This document shows positions 25,280 to 38,718 of a stretch of DNA of 64,000 nt, one piece after another. Source of the DNA: Octopus sinensis (Eukaryota). The stretch lies in NCBI RefSeq assembly GCF_006345805.1, contig NC_043007.1, positions 75,764,001 to 75,828,000 of the forward strand, in the 5' to 3' direction. Made by a program: the position numbers and the translations under genes. The notes below the pieces were generated by a model. The model worked only from the letters and a program-made list of their open reading frames with translations, ran no database searches and was not told where the DNA came from. Numbering within the stretch: position 1 is the stretch's first letter; the number at the start of each line of letters is the position of its first letter.

Positions 25280-25745
25280 CAAAAGCTAGTGATATACCGC
25301 TAGTGAAGTACCCAACAAAGTTAATACATAAATGTTAAGAATTGCGATGCAATTAATTCATTTACTGTATTATATGGGCAAAGGTAAAGTGTTTTACCAC
25401 AAATTCATAATACAAAATAAGAAAATGGAGAAATACATCCAAATCAAATATCAATTACCAGATAATACCCAATCACATACTTTATTAAACCACCACATAA
25501 GAAACTTTAGGGTCAAACATAATAATATAGAACAAAACAGTGTACATAAAGGAGTTGGCGATTTTTTTCCTCCGTCTTCACTTCCTTGGATCTTTCCTTT
25601 TCCTATGTTTCTGACGAAGAGCTCTGCTCGAAACGTTAAATCCCCCTTCTTTCTTTCCTTTCCTGAGCGTCCAATAACACTATACTTGTTCCACGTCCTC
25701 GCGTTGTTGTGTTTTCTCTTTGTGTTTTCATGTTTGGATTAACTA
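25280..25745 (+). mobile_element. PLE 3' remnant and terminal repeat ending at (TA)n
   Basis: YPTKLIHKC linker-like peptide, hammerhead H3, terminus ...TTTGGATTAAC-TATATA; copies at 45880-46097 and 51325-51537. Confidence 0.65.
25607..25641 (+). ncRNA. Minimal hammerhead ribozyme H3
   Basis: GTTT-CTGACGA-A-GAGC tct GCTC-GAAA-CG-TT-AAAT; palindromic ACGT as stem III. Confidence 0.65.
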
Positions 25746-25908
25746 TATATATATATATATATATACATCGTTGACGTCATGAGAATTTTTAAACTTCGAG
25801 AAAGCTCAAAAGAGCATATTTTGGAATGGTGGATTTCGAGGCAGACAAGGCCATAAATAATAGGGTGCAAATATTAGGCTAAAAAACCCTTGGATAGAAA
25901 AGGAGGAA

Positions 25909-25972
25909 TCCCGCCCGTGGGAATTGAACCTCCGCATTTCATGTAAACACGACAGGCATTCTACCATGGGAA
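25909..25972 (-). pseudogene. tRNA-like remnant inside degenerate inverted repeats
   Basis: Minus strand TGGTAGAATG (A box-like) ... GGTTCAATTCCC (B box); cloverleaf incomplete. Confidence 0.45.
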
Positions 25973-26188
25973 CAGAGAAATACTTCGAATTATGTTATCC
26001 ATTATAGAAATAATATTCATACCAGCGACAGTTAAATGCTATCGAGAGTACATGAAAAACTTCTCTTTGGAATGATGAAGGTATGGTTCTGAGTCCTACA
26101 GACAGCCTCCGGCTTTTTCTATCCAATATTTAAACCAATATTTACGCGTTTTTATTTATAGCTTTATCTGCTTCGCGGTCCACAATGT

Positions 26189-26262
<74 letters not shown>

Positions 26263-26265
26263 ATA

Positions 26266-26301
<36 letters not shown>

Positions 26302-26756
26302 TATATATGTATACATACTTGTATACATACAGGTATACATATATGTATATATATATATGTGCATATATATATATACAAATATATACACACACATATATAT
26401 ATATACATATATGTATATATGCATATATATATACACACACACCACATATATATATAAATAAATATATAATATATATACATAATAAGAAGGTGAAATTAAT
26501 TAATTTGGAATAATTATCATTCTACCAAGTGTCTTCGGCATGTAAAAGCCTCATTCGAGGAAAATTTAAGTAATACTAAGCAATAAAGGGTTTAGCAACG
26601 ATTGCCTTACCACATACCGAATTTAGAAATAGCAGTCAAAGAGTTATAGCTATTTCTTCTAAAAAAGGGAGATCTCAGTAAAAACAGCAATTGGAAGGCA
26701 GACACAAAAGTAAGAGAGAATGATTGACGGCAATCTATCATACAATTTTAAGTTAT

Positions 26757-26851
26757 CTACGGACGTACGTTTCGAAATCAAGTTTTTAGGAGCATAAGAT
26801 TAATATTAAATAATTCTATCTCAACCAAAACTTCTTTTCTCTTCAGCGTAG
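26757..26851 (-). ncRNA. Type I hammerhead ribozyme H4a
   Basis: CTACG-CTGAAGA-GAAA..AAGTTTTGG.../..AAAACTT..TTTC-GAAA-CGTACG-TC-CGTAG: 5-bp stem I, long stem II, palindromic ACGTACGT, GUC triplet. Confidence 0.85.
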
Positions 26852-27365
26852 AATACTATAATCATAAATGATTATATATTGAATTTTGAGATACCAGAAG
26901 GCACCAACTCAACTCAGTATCAGAGCGAGCTAGAATCCGCAACTAGTATCACCAAATTCAATTGTGAATGAAAGATTGGTCACCAGCTATAACTCTTTTG
27001 ACTGCTATTTCTAATTCGGTATGTGGTAAGGCAATTCGTTTGCTAAAACCCTTTATGCTTAGTATTACTTAAATTTCCTCGAATGAGGCTTTTACATGCC
27101 GAAGACTACTTGGTGTAATTGATAATTATTCCAAATTATTAATTTCACCCTTCATTATTACGGATAACCATATTTTATCTCAGTAGATGACCACAGCATC
27201 TTGTTTTGGCTACACGCGGGTGGGAAGGGGCTGGTGACACAATCTTTTCATTCACACTTGAATTTGGTGATACTAGTTGCGGATTCTAGCTCGCTCTGAT
27301 ACTGATTGAGTTGGTGCCTCTGGTATCTCAAAATTCAATATATAATCATTTATTATTATAGTATT

Positions 27366-27457
27366 CTACGCTGAAGAGAAAGAAGTTTTGGTGAGATAGA
27401 ATTATTTATATTTAATTCTTATGCTTCCAAAACTTGATTTCGACTTAACGTCCGTAG
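27366..27457 (+). ncRNA. Hammerhead H4b, damaged GAAA/stem III
   Basis: CTACG-CTGAAGA and stem II are intact; GAAACGTACGTC is replaced by GACTTAACGTC. Confidence 0.55.
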
Positions 27458-28167
27458 ATAACTTAAAATTGTAGATAGATTGCCGTCAATTCAGCTCTCT
27501 TACCTGTTTGTGTCTGCCTTCCGATTGCTGTTTTTACTGAGATCTCCCTTTTTAGTAGAAGAAATAGCTATAACTCTTTGACTGCTATTTCTAAATTCGG
27601 TATGTGGTAAGGCAATTCGTTGCTAAACCCTTTATTGCTTAGTATTACTTAAATTTTCCTCGAATGAGGCTTTTACATGCCGAAGACTACTTGGTGTAAT
27701 TGATAATTATTCCAAATTAATTAATTTCACCCTTCATTATTACGGATAACCATATTTTATCTCAGTAGATGACCACAGCATCTTGTTTTGGCTACACGCG
27801 GGTGGGAAGGGGCTGGTGACACAATCTTTTCATTCACACATTGAATTTGGTGATACTAGACTGCTATTTCTAAATTCGGTATGTGGTAAGGCAATTCGTG
27901 CTAAACCCTTTATTGCTTAGTACTATATATATTACATATATATATGTGTATATATACATAAAAATATATACATATATATAATGTATATATGTATATATAC
28001 ATATGTATACATATATACATATATATATATATGCGTATGTGTGTGTGTGTGTAAATACGTTTATTTACATATACATATATATATGTATGTTTTTATGTAT
28101 GTATATGTACATATATTCATATATATATACATACATATATATATATATATAGATATACACATCATAT

Positions 28168-28224
<57 letters not shown>

Positions 28225-28644
28225 ATATATATATACACACGCATACATATACATATATATATATAAACACAGATACATATTTATATATACATATACATAC
28301 ATACATATATACATATACTTATATATATATATATATCAAAACATATACGTACATATATATACACATGTGTATATACACAACACACATATATATATACGCA
28401 CATATACATGTATATACACATACATACATATCGATACATCTAGTACATTTATATACATACATACACACACACACACATATATATATATGTATATATGTAT
28501 ATATACACATACTTCCACACATACATATATATCCCTCTCTCTTTCACACACACACACACATATATGACAACCGTTTTTTTAAAAATTCCTTGAAATATTT
28601 ATGTAACGCAACGCATTCCGTATGTTATATATATATACATATAA

Positions 28645-28689
<45 letters not shown>

Positions 28690-28719
28690 TATATATATAT
28701 TATATATATATAATATAAT

Positions 28720-28910
28720 ATTAGGGAGTAAATCCAAACTTACAGGGAAAAATTAGATTTAGGATTAATCTAATCTAATTTATAGTATAAATATATATAT
28801 TATATTAAATTAGAGATAAAACCACTATTAGGTAAATCAAATAGTGATGTATTGGTTTATGATTTTCACTATTTGAGTTGCCTAATAGTGGTTTTATCTC
28901 TAATTTAATA
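28720..28910. mobile_element. (TA)n-abutting terminal fragment with short fold-back
   Basis: TTAGGGAGTAAATCCAAACTTACAGGG terminus shared with 45587 and 46355; TTAGAGATAAAACCACTATTAGG is inverted at ~28881-28903. Confidence 0.7.
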
Positions 28911-29004
28911 TAATATATATATATATACATGTATATATATTTATGTCTGTCTGTATGTATGTATGTATGTATATATATATATATATATTATATATATATA
29001 TATA

Positions 29005-29223
29005 TTTACTTGTTTCAGTCATTTGACTGCGGCCATATTGGAGCCCCGCCTTTAGTCGAGCAAATCGACCCCGGGACTTGTTCTTTGTAAGCCCAGTACT
29101 TATTCTATCGGTCTCTCTTGCCGAACCGCTAAGTGATGGGGACGTAAACACACCAGCAAGCAATGCTAGAGGGACAAACACAGACACACAAACACACACG
29201 CACATACATATATATACACACAC

Positions 29224-29281
<58 letters not shown>

Positions 29282-29445
29282 ATACATATATACGACAGGC
29301 TTCTTCAGTTTCTGTACACCAAATCCACTCACAAGGCATTGGTCGGCCCGGAGCTATAGCAGAAGACACTTGCCCAAGATGCCACGCAGTGGGACTGAAC
29401 CCTGAACCATGTGGTTGGTTAGCAAGCTACTTACCACACAGCCAC
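29005..29445 (-). mobile_element. SINE family B
   Basis: Full-length match to 7190-7685 in reverse, with an internal (TA)/(CA) microsatellite. Confidence 0.85.
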
Positions 29446-29517
29446 ATACATATATATGTATATATATACATATATAAAAGAATATTAATGCAGCATATTA
29501 ATGCATATATAAAAGGA

Positions 29518-30395
29518 ATATTAATGCAGTATATGGGGATGGGACAGTAAGCGTAAGCCAGTGTTAGTGGTGATTCCAGACATTTCGAGCCAGAAACTAC
29601 AACCTAAAAGACGAGCCTCGTCCTGGAAGATCTATAGAGCTCGACGAGGACGTCCTGCAAACCCTGGTGGAATAAAATCCCCATCGTAACTGTTGGGGAA
29701 CTAGCAGAGAAGCTTGGATTTGGTCATTCAACCATACATCGGCACCTGCGTTCCATCAGGAAGTCAGCAAATTGGGTCGATGGGTTCCTTACAAACTTTC
29801 CGAATCTAATCGCGCGCAGAGAGTGAACGTGTGCTCTTCCTTGCTGTCATGTCTCACGCATGAACCGAATAGTGACTGGTTACGAGAAATGGGTTCTCTA
29901 TAAAAATCTCAAGCGCCGAAGACAGTGGGTAGGGAAAGGACAAATACTGGCACCCCAGGCTAAAGAAGGTCTTCACCCACGTAAGGTGTTGTCTACTTGG
30001 TGAGATATGAAAGATTTAGTCCACTTTGAAATTTTAAACCCAAACCTAACGATAACAAAGGAGATCTACTGCGAGATCTTGAGCGGCTTCAGTCAACGCT
30101 AGAAGAAAAACGAACATTTTTGGTTTCAAGATGAAAGGTATTCTTCCATCAGGATAATGCTAGGCCACATACAGCGAGGATAATGCTCGGCCACATACAG
30201 CAAAAACTGGAGCAGTTTGAATGGAAAACGATGCCCCAACCACCATATTCACCGGACATTTCCCCATCTGATTATCATTTATTCAGCAGTCTTCCAAATC
30301 ATTTGAACTGAAAAATATGAATTCTGTAGACGAGGTCAGAACTGTACTGGAGGAGTATTTTTCGTCACGGACAAGTGAATTTTGGAATGATGGAG
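29518..30395 (+). pseudogene. Mariner transposase pseudogene
   Basis: INAVYGDGTVSV, LKDEPRPGRS, LGRWVPYKL, LHPRKV, PPYSPDISPSDYHLF motifs with stops and frameshifts. Confidence 0.88.
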
Positions 30396-30615
30396 GCAAT
30401 ATATGCATTCGCCACCTCTGCCGGCATTTCAGGGATAGTTTGTTTCTCGGCCCATTTCTGAGTGAGAGTGGCCACCCTGCTCGTCAGCCAGTCTCAGTTC
30501 TTCTCCATCTGGAGATCTGGACCAAACCAGATCCAATCAATTTAACCGGTCCCTCCGTCCAAATAATAAACATAAATGCATATACAACAAATACATTAAA
30601 AGATTTATAAAAAAC

Positions 30616-30650
<35 letters not shown>

Positions 30651-31129
30651 ATGTGTGTGGTGTGTGTGTATGTGTGTGTGTGTGTATATATTGTTGTATT
30701 TAGGAATGGTCATTTTGCCAACTTAGCCATATATGTATGTATGTATGTATGAACGAATACACCTGAAATAACCACAAAGCATTCTGTTAGACACTTTGAT
30801 GAGTCTCTAATCTATTACTCTCATGGTGAAACAGAAATGGTCTGTACTCGGCTAGCCCATCGTCTACTCCAACCAGTCGTAGAATACTTTAGATATTCTT
30901 TGTGTATAAGTGTTTTATGAGAACTTTGTTAAAACGAATTGCGGAGAATTTAATTACATTCAGAAAGAGAACTAGTTCCACCTCGAAGGTTTTTGTTATG
31001 TACAGCATACCAAGAGAAGGACCTTAAAACTCAACAACTAAGGAAAACGACCAGTAGTTAGATATGTGGCTCATAACTATGATTTGTTGTTGCTGCATTT
31101 GTACTTCTGGATTTTCTGCGCAGAAAGCT

Positions 31130-33270
31130 TTTAGCTGGGCTCAGTTTCCACATATCTAGTCGTCTACCTTAGTTGGTGAGCTTTAAGGTCTTCCTCTCGA
31201 CACCCTGTAAAGAACACAATCCAAGTATTGTTTTGTGGTCATACGATGTTGTGAGGATATCTATGCTCATGGTGATCCTCTCACCCAACCACGTCTCACC
31301 AAATGGGACATATATGCTTACCACCTTCTCATATCGTGCTATGATGGTGACTACAAGCCAGCGGTCGATATCATCGTAGTTCCTTGCGTTTTCTTTCCCA
31401 AATACTGCGGAGCCAGATTATAGGACACGCGTCTCGTTTGGATTTCGGTTATCTCTGCCTCCTCTGTTTTAAAAATGACACATAGTTTCATATGTCCGAC
31501 TTCCAATGAAAAATATTTCATTTAAAATATCTTCCAGAGCAATCCCCAACTCGTGTTATGATGTGTTTAGATACCATGTCGTGTCTTTGTGACAGAGGAG
31601 GAACTTACTTCTCTCCTCACTCGGGCCTCTGTTATTATCCGTGGAGGGCTGGTCCCTGTTCGATGCAGGGTGGACGATACAGTGTAGAATTATGTAGAAG
31701 CACGCCCAGCAAAGTGCCTTCTCTTAAAGGTCTTCTTTCAGTCTCCTGGTGCATGCTGAAAAAAGGTCCATTCACCCTGACCTTATGCTAGCTACTCCCA
31801 TCCACCTTTCAACAAATTTTCTGAGAGGCAGCTCTTTCTTCTCCATCCTCACATTCCTTTACAAACTTGAAAAAGCTGATGATCACTAGGCAGATAAAGA
31901 CTTCCCGTCATTTCCGGACAAAGGAATGCGGTGGAACGATCTTCACAATGGACACTGACGCTGTTGGCCGGCATGACTTTTTCTCCTGGAGTCTAGTTCC
32001 GGCTCATCAAATTTTCTGGTTAGTTTGGGCTCCTGTCAACGCTTGCAGTCTCTTAGAGAGGTGCAGGTCACCTCGATGTGCTTGGCATCCGATACCATGA
32101 CGGTGGCACCGTTCACATGTATCGACATAGAACCTTCACTTTCTCAGTGTTGGGGGTCTCTCACAGTCTCTAGTTTCCGTAGAGGTGGCCCAATTGTCAG
32201 TACATACAGAAGAGATGAGATAGGACAACCTTGACGGATGGAGTGTATGATGCTGAAAGGTTCCGATAGGTTGTCGGTTACTCTAACAACCGAGCAGATA
32301 TTGTACATTACAGCGATCCAACCCCTGAAAATAGGATCGTAAAGGATACTCGCCAAGTATTGATGGACAAGCTTGTTGAAGGTTTATGATTGATCTAAGC
32401 TGACCAAGACCCTATATATGCCAGTTTCATTTTCCACCATCTCTATAATGTGACAAAGTTGTCGTGGATAAATCTGCTTGCGCTGGCTCATGTTTACGCG
32501 TCACCAGTCAGACTACCGACGACAAGCGCTACCTCCGCTAATGCCTTGGTCAAAATCTTGAAATCTACGTTTACTAGAGTTATGGACCGAAAATTATTTC
32601 TGAAATTTCTTTCTTAGCAGTGCAACCATTCTTAAACCCATAGAATTGGAAATTCTCTCGTTCTGCTGTCAGTTGCGGTAGATATGAGATCCTCGAACAA
32701 GTCTGGCGTATATTAAGTAAAGCTGGTCAAGTATTACCTTCAAACGCTCGTAAAACGGGGCGAATTACCCCGCGCAACCAGGGATTGTATTTTGGGGCTA
32801 CTATCGGCTTTTTGCAACACTCCGCCACATCTGTCATAAGTCACATTAGGTCGTCGAGAGAAAGAGTGGAGTCCAACCTGTAATCCGGCTCGAAAAGTCG
32901 AGCAAAGTGTCGCTCAAAAGCCACAACATATCTGCTTAGGACTAGGCAACGCGATTATGGTCCACCAAAGACAAAGTAGTGACCGTGTTGTCATGTTGCT
33001 GCAACGTTACATGGGCCTGTCTAACAACTTTTGATCCTTCATGTCCTAGAGCACGTGGCACATCTCTGACAACACAGCCTTCATGCTTCGAGTTGAAGAA
33101 TTTGCGATGCATTAGGAAATGCATTATACACATACTGAGGCTGATACACCTGCTGGAATATCTGGACATTTGGGATGATGACAGAAGCGAACAAGTCTGG
33201 CATACGGAAATCTGTCCGCTGTCTTCGATTCTCTGTTCATCGACAACAATTCAGTGAAGTGCTGGAAAAT
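31130..33270 (-). mobile_element. Degraded L1/Tx1-like LINE
   Basis: ITLVNVDFKILTKAL; SEPFSIIHSIRQGCPISSLLYVL; many stops. Confidence 0.75.
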
Positions 33271-33424
33271 GGAACTCATCTATTTGGAAATTAAAAGCAC
33301 ACAGCCGCTGTGGTCCACCACCGACCGAATACTAGCTTTGTTGCCATGCTGGGCCCCCGCCACCTGGGCCTAGCGGGTTTACACGACTTGGACTTCATTT
33401 TTATCGACACTGGAAGGATATGTC

Positions 33425-34107
<683 letters not shown>

Positions 34108-34845
34108 AGTAATAAAAAGCAGATAACAAGAATATAGAGGAAGCGGGTAGTAAGGATGCAGAGGAAATGTGATTGCAACTATTTCATAACTTTTATGTTG
34201 AATTGCGTAACATGTCAAGTATAAGCCTTCTACTGACGCAAAACCTTGTATCCAATCAACAGCTAGTTTTAGCAATTGCGTTAAACATTGTAGCTGCACC
34301 CATTTACTCTATAGGTTATGAAATGAAAAGGAGTGGTAGAATGTTTCGAAGCAGAGATATTGTGCAACTACGAGACAGCGTAGAAGTGTAAGCTGAACTG
34401 AGTAAACGTATATGTATAGTTCCTGTCCTAGTTTATAATACACTACCACTGCCTCTTTCACTATCCCACATTCCTTTTAACTAACTCGTAATCAGAATAC
34501 GTATTCCATATCATGAAGAGAAAAGAGGCAGTAACATGTATGTGACCTATATATTGAAGTTAGGAACTGAAAACGGACAGAAATGCTCCCGCGCCCACGT
34601 GTGTAGAGTGTAGCTGTCTGGTAGGTTAACATTCTGCCAAGTTTGAAAAAAGGTTACTAACATTTTATATGCTGTTTTCCTCTAAATAGTTAACGTTTTT
34701 TGTTAACGTTAGTAGTAGTAGTTGTAGTAGTAGAATATAGTTTCTGCCCACTGGTTTATTCGTAGCCTATTTTGGTTTATGCTGAGGTTAGTAAACAAAA
34801 GAAATAAATCAATAATTAAAAGGTGTATGGAATTATTTAGATATT

Positions 34846-34852
34846 ATAGCCG

Positions 34853-34904
<52 letters not shown>

Positions 34905-34930
34905 TGATGATGATGATGATGATGATGCCG

Positions 34931-34967
<37 letters not shown>

Positions 34968-34984
34968 TGATGATGATGATGACG

Positions 34985-35036
<52 letters not shown>

Positions 35037-35053
35037 TGATGATGATGATGATT

Positions 35054-35098
<45 letters not shown>
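34846..35098. repeat. Compound (AAT)n/(GAT)n microsatellite
   Basis: Directly visible; source of the poly-I/M/H/Y pseudo-ORFs. Confidence 0.95.
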
Positions 35099-35256
35099 GC
35101 TTCTCAAGGCAGTGACTCTCATTGTTTCTCAAGACAGTGCTCTCATGGCTTCTCACGGCAATGGCTCTTATGGATTCCCAGGCAGTGGCTCTCACGGCTT
35201 TTCAAGGCAGTGGCTCGCTTGGCTTCTCTAGGTAGTGGCTTTCATGGCTTCTCATC

Positions 35257-35756
35257 TTAACCGTTTGGAAGCGTTATCGTGAACGTGTTTTGTCTTGGTA
35301 TAAAAGATGGGCTGCAGCAAATATTCTGCTCAATACCACAGATTTGGTTGCCAGTTGCTTGAACTTAACCAGTTGAGCATGTGCCTTGGTGACTGGTGAT
35401 ATGCGCATCTCTGATTACGAGTAGTAGTAGTTGGGGAGCATTATAGCCATGTGTTGAAAGGAATTCTTTGGAGTTTGAATAATTTACCTCTGGAAACATG
35501 GGTGTTTCATTCATTATCTTTAAACCTTACTCAGGGACCTTTTGAGCGAGATGGGCTACTCGACCTGAAGAAAACTGTCCCCACCTGCAAGGTCATACGC
35601 TATCTATCTTGATATTAGTTAACCATGCCGCGCACATATGGTTGTGATGCATGTGCTTGGTGTAGCCTTACCAGACGGGTGGTCATGATAGGTGTATTTG
35701 GTTTCGCATATTTGTACCCCAGTGTCACTTAGATGGCAAGCGCTGCTCTTTCACTC
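35257..35756. mobile_element. (AAT)n-associated element, reverse copy
   Basis: Reverse complement of 33476-33983. Confidence 0.8.
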
Positions 35757-35803
35757 AATAATAATGAGGCTAATAATAATAATGATGATGATGATGATGA
35801 TAA

Positions 35804-37110
35804 GCCAGACATAGTCTTAATTGAGAAAGAAAGAAAACAAACGGATCTTTTCATTTGTGAAGCCAGTTTTTTCAAATTTTTCCTACTGAACCAAACAATT
35901 TGAAACTTCGTATACTGGTAGAATGTGTCAAAAGTAAACTTAATTGTAAACCAGAATGAAAACGGAATTGTAACTTCTAAGTTTAACATTGTTTAATAAT
36001 TAGAATTTTAACCAATGGTATTCCGTCTTTCGGCTTCATATTATTTACTCTGTCTCGACCACCAATTTGGTGACGTAGTAAACATATGGTATGTAAACAA
36101 ATGTAAACAAAACAATAACGATGAAATTTTTTACTCGGTGTATGTGTATATGTATGAATGCATGTATGTATGAATGTATGTATGTATGTGTGTATGTATC
36201 TATGTATGTGTGTGTGTGTGTGTTTGTGTGTGTATGTGTGTGTATGTATGTGTGTGTATGTATGTATGTATGGCCGATTCGGTGTTTAGTTTTTTCGAGT
36301 GAATACTCGGTGTATGTGTATCTGTATGTGTGTGTGTGTGTGTATGTATCTATGTATGTATGTGTGTGTATGTATGTGTGTGTGTGTGTGTATCTATGTG
36401 TGTGTCACACATGTATGTATGGCCGATTCAGTGTTTAGTTTTTTCGAGTGATTACTCGGTGTATGTGTATCTGTATGTATGTATGTGTGTGTGTGTATGT
36501 ATCTATGTATGTTAGCCTCAAATGTGCACAGTTGCCTACGTCACAAAACTGCTTTCTACGTCACACTAACAGAATGCAGTAACGTATTAAATATGAAAAC
36601 AAGCAATCTCATTGGTTAAAATTCGCAGTTTTAATCTACGATTAAAGTCATAAAATAGATTTTTCTCAAATAAACTAGTTCCAACCTGTGTCTTGTTTTG
36701 AAATACTGTACCAGCATACGAAGTTTCAAATTATTTAGTTAAGTAGAAAGATCTGGGCTCCTGGCCACACAATTGAAAAGATCCAAACAAACTATGCTGG
36801 GTCGTAGATATAGCATACCCAGCTGACAACACGGTATGCGATAAGGAAGAAAGAAAAGTCGAGAGATATGACAGGTTAGCTTGGGAAGTGAAGTAGTTGT
36901 GGCCGATGAAAACGGTAGCAGTAGTGCCAATAATTGCCAGAGCCCTGGGAACAGTGAGCAAAAATCTCGAGAAGTACGTGGAACAAATAGGGGCTGCAAT
37001 AAGGGTGGAGCACTTGCAGAAAATAGCACTGCTTGGAACTGTTCGAATACTCCGTAAGGTGCTCGAAAAATAAGAGGTGTTACCTTAGTTCACTGGTAGT
37101 GAACAGCTGA
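35804..37110 (+). mobile_element. R4/Dong-like RLE 3' fragment interrupted by a Merlin-like element
   Basis: KPDIVLIEKE | KLCWVVDIAYPADNTVCDKEERKVERYDRLAWEV...VVPIIARALGTV...LLGTVRILRKVLEK*. Confidence 0.75.
35843..36784. mobile_element. Merlin-like non-autonomous element, second family, 8-bp TSD AAACAAAC
   Basis: TIRs GGATCTTTTCATTTGTGAAGCCAG / CTGGCCACACAATTGAAAAGATCC; exact TSD; internal ~150-bp tandem unit with (TG)/(TATG) repeats. Confidence 0.8.
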
Positions 37111-37129
37111 CACCGTAGTAATAATTATT

Positions 37130-38135
37130 CCTCTCTGAATACGAATCTGGATGGTCACTTGAACTGGAACTGTCCCCAACTCGAACCCTCCAAGTTCACC
37201 GAACGAAAAATGTAAGCGGATCAGATGGAACCGAGAATTGTATACAGAAGTCTTGTATATATATTGTATATATACGTCTATTACTATGCATTAAGTAGGC
37301 CATCTGAAGAGAAACACACCGAACACTCTTATCAGATATGGAGAACACGAAATTAAGATAGCAAGCTATGTTTGGACGAAAATAAGTTAGCCTAAGTTAG
37401 CTCAAGATCAAGTGATAAAATCAAGCAGCTTGAGAAAAAAATGTGTATGGAGAGAATGTATTAGAAAAATGTAGAGTCCGTGGAACTTGGAACGAGACAG
37501 TGGCACACATTGTGGCAGGAACCTCTCAAGTTGGTATAGGAAGAGTATAAGAAATGGAGGCACGACCAGATTGTAAAAGTTTTACACAGGAAACTTTGCC
37601 AGAAATGGGGATTTGAAGCTGGAAACATGGTACAATCATCGGGTCGAAAAGAGCACTGGAGTCGGAGAAATGCAAAACTTTGTAGGACTTACCTGTTCAA
37701 ACGTATAAGTTATAAAATAATAGACCAGACACAACAATTAATAGATAAAGAAAATCGAAGATGCTTACTAATCGACCCATCATGCCCGTTTGATTCCAGG
37801 ATCGAAAAGAAAGAGGACGAAAAACAGAAAATACAATCACTTAAAAATTGAGATAGGAAGAATTTGGAGTATGAGATCTGTCAAGGTCGTGCCTATAATA
37901 ATTGGTGCGTTGGGAACAGTAAGTAACGATGTAGACAAATGGCTGAAGGACATTGGAATAGAACGCCCTGTAGAGCTCCAACAAAAACATTTGTCTCTTA
38001 GGGAAAGTAAGGATTTTTCAGGAGGGTTCTATGTACTTGAAAGGCTACTGAAAACTTGTGAATACTTAAGGTTACAGGTAGTAACCCACTCCCCACATAA
38101 ATCCTATAAGGAATAAGATCGAACTTTGAGTCAAA
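37130..38135 (+). mobile_element. Internally deleted R4/Dong-like element
   Basis: WRHDQIVKVLHRKLCQKWG, CLLIDPSCPFDSRIEKKEDEK, VKVVPIIIGALGTV; followed by AAT repeats. Confidence 0.75.
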
Positions 38136-38169
38136 CCAAAAATAATAATGATAACAGATAATAATAATC

Positions 38170-38610
38170 CTTTCTCCTACAGGCACAAGAGCAGCAATTT
38201 GGGGGAGGGGCCTAGTCGATTACATCGACCCTAGGTATTTCGCTTAATTTTAAAATCTTGAAAGGATGAAAAGCAAAATCGACCTCGGCAGGATTTGAAC
38301 TCAGAACATAAAGACGAACGAAATGTCGCTAGGCGTTTTGCCCGGCGTGCTAACAGTTCTGCTAGCTTGCTACCTTCAATAATCATAATAATAATCCTTT
38401 ATACCATAGGGACAAGGCCTGAAATTTTGGGGGAGGGGGCAAGTCGACTACGTCGACCCCAGTGCGTAACTGGTACTTATTTCATCGTCCCGAAAGGATG
38501 AAAGATAAAGTCGACCTTGGCGGAATTTGAACTCAGAACGTAAGGACGGACGAAATGCCGCGAAGCATTTTGCCCAGCGTGCTAACGATTTTGCCAGCTC
38601 GTTGCCTTCA
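38170..38610 (-). mobile_element. Two SINE family A copies separated by (AAT)n
   Basis: Conserved block repeated twice. Confidence 0.8.
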
Positions 38611-38718
38611 ATAATAATAATAAATGAATGATGATGATGATGATGATGATGATGATAATAATAATAATAATAATAATAATGATGTGATGATGATGATGAT
38701 GAATGATAATAATAATAC

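Larger units (their letters stand above)
26480..27925. mobile_element. ORF-less ~582-bp unit: one inverted copy, ~1.5 tandem copies and a fragment, between (TA)n arrays
   Basis: AGCTATAACTC at 26985 and 27566; CGGATAACC at 27161 and 27743; 26480-26987 is the reverse complement of the unit. Confidence 0.9.

Noticed and set aside
26142-26513. Overlapping ORFs rich in YI/HT/CV (also near 28000, 40000, 46150, 56000)
   Set aside because: Translations of (TA)n, (CA)n and (TACA)n microsatellites; not genes.
27640-27700. Hammerhead-like CCTCGAATGAGGC..GCCGAAGACTAC in the 582-bp unit
   Set aside because: The stem II-like hairpin is present, but the core (CTCGAATGA, GAAG) is non-canonical in all three copies and stem III is unclear.
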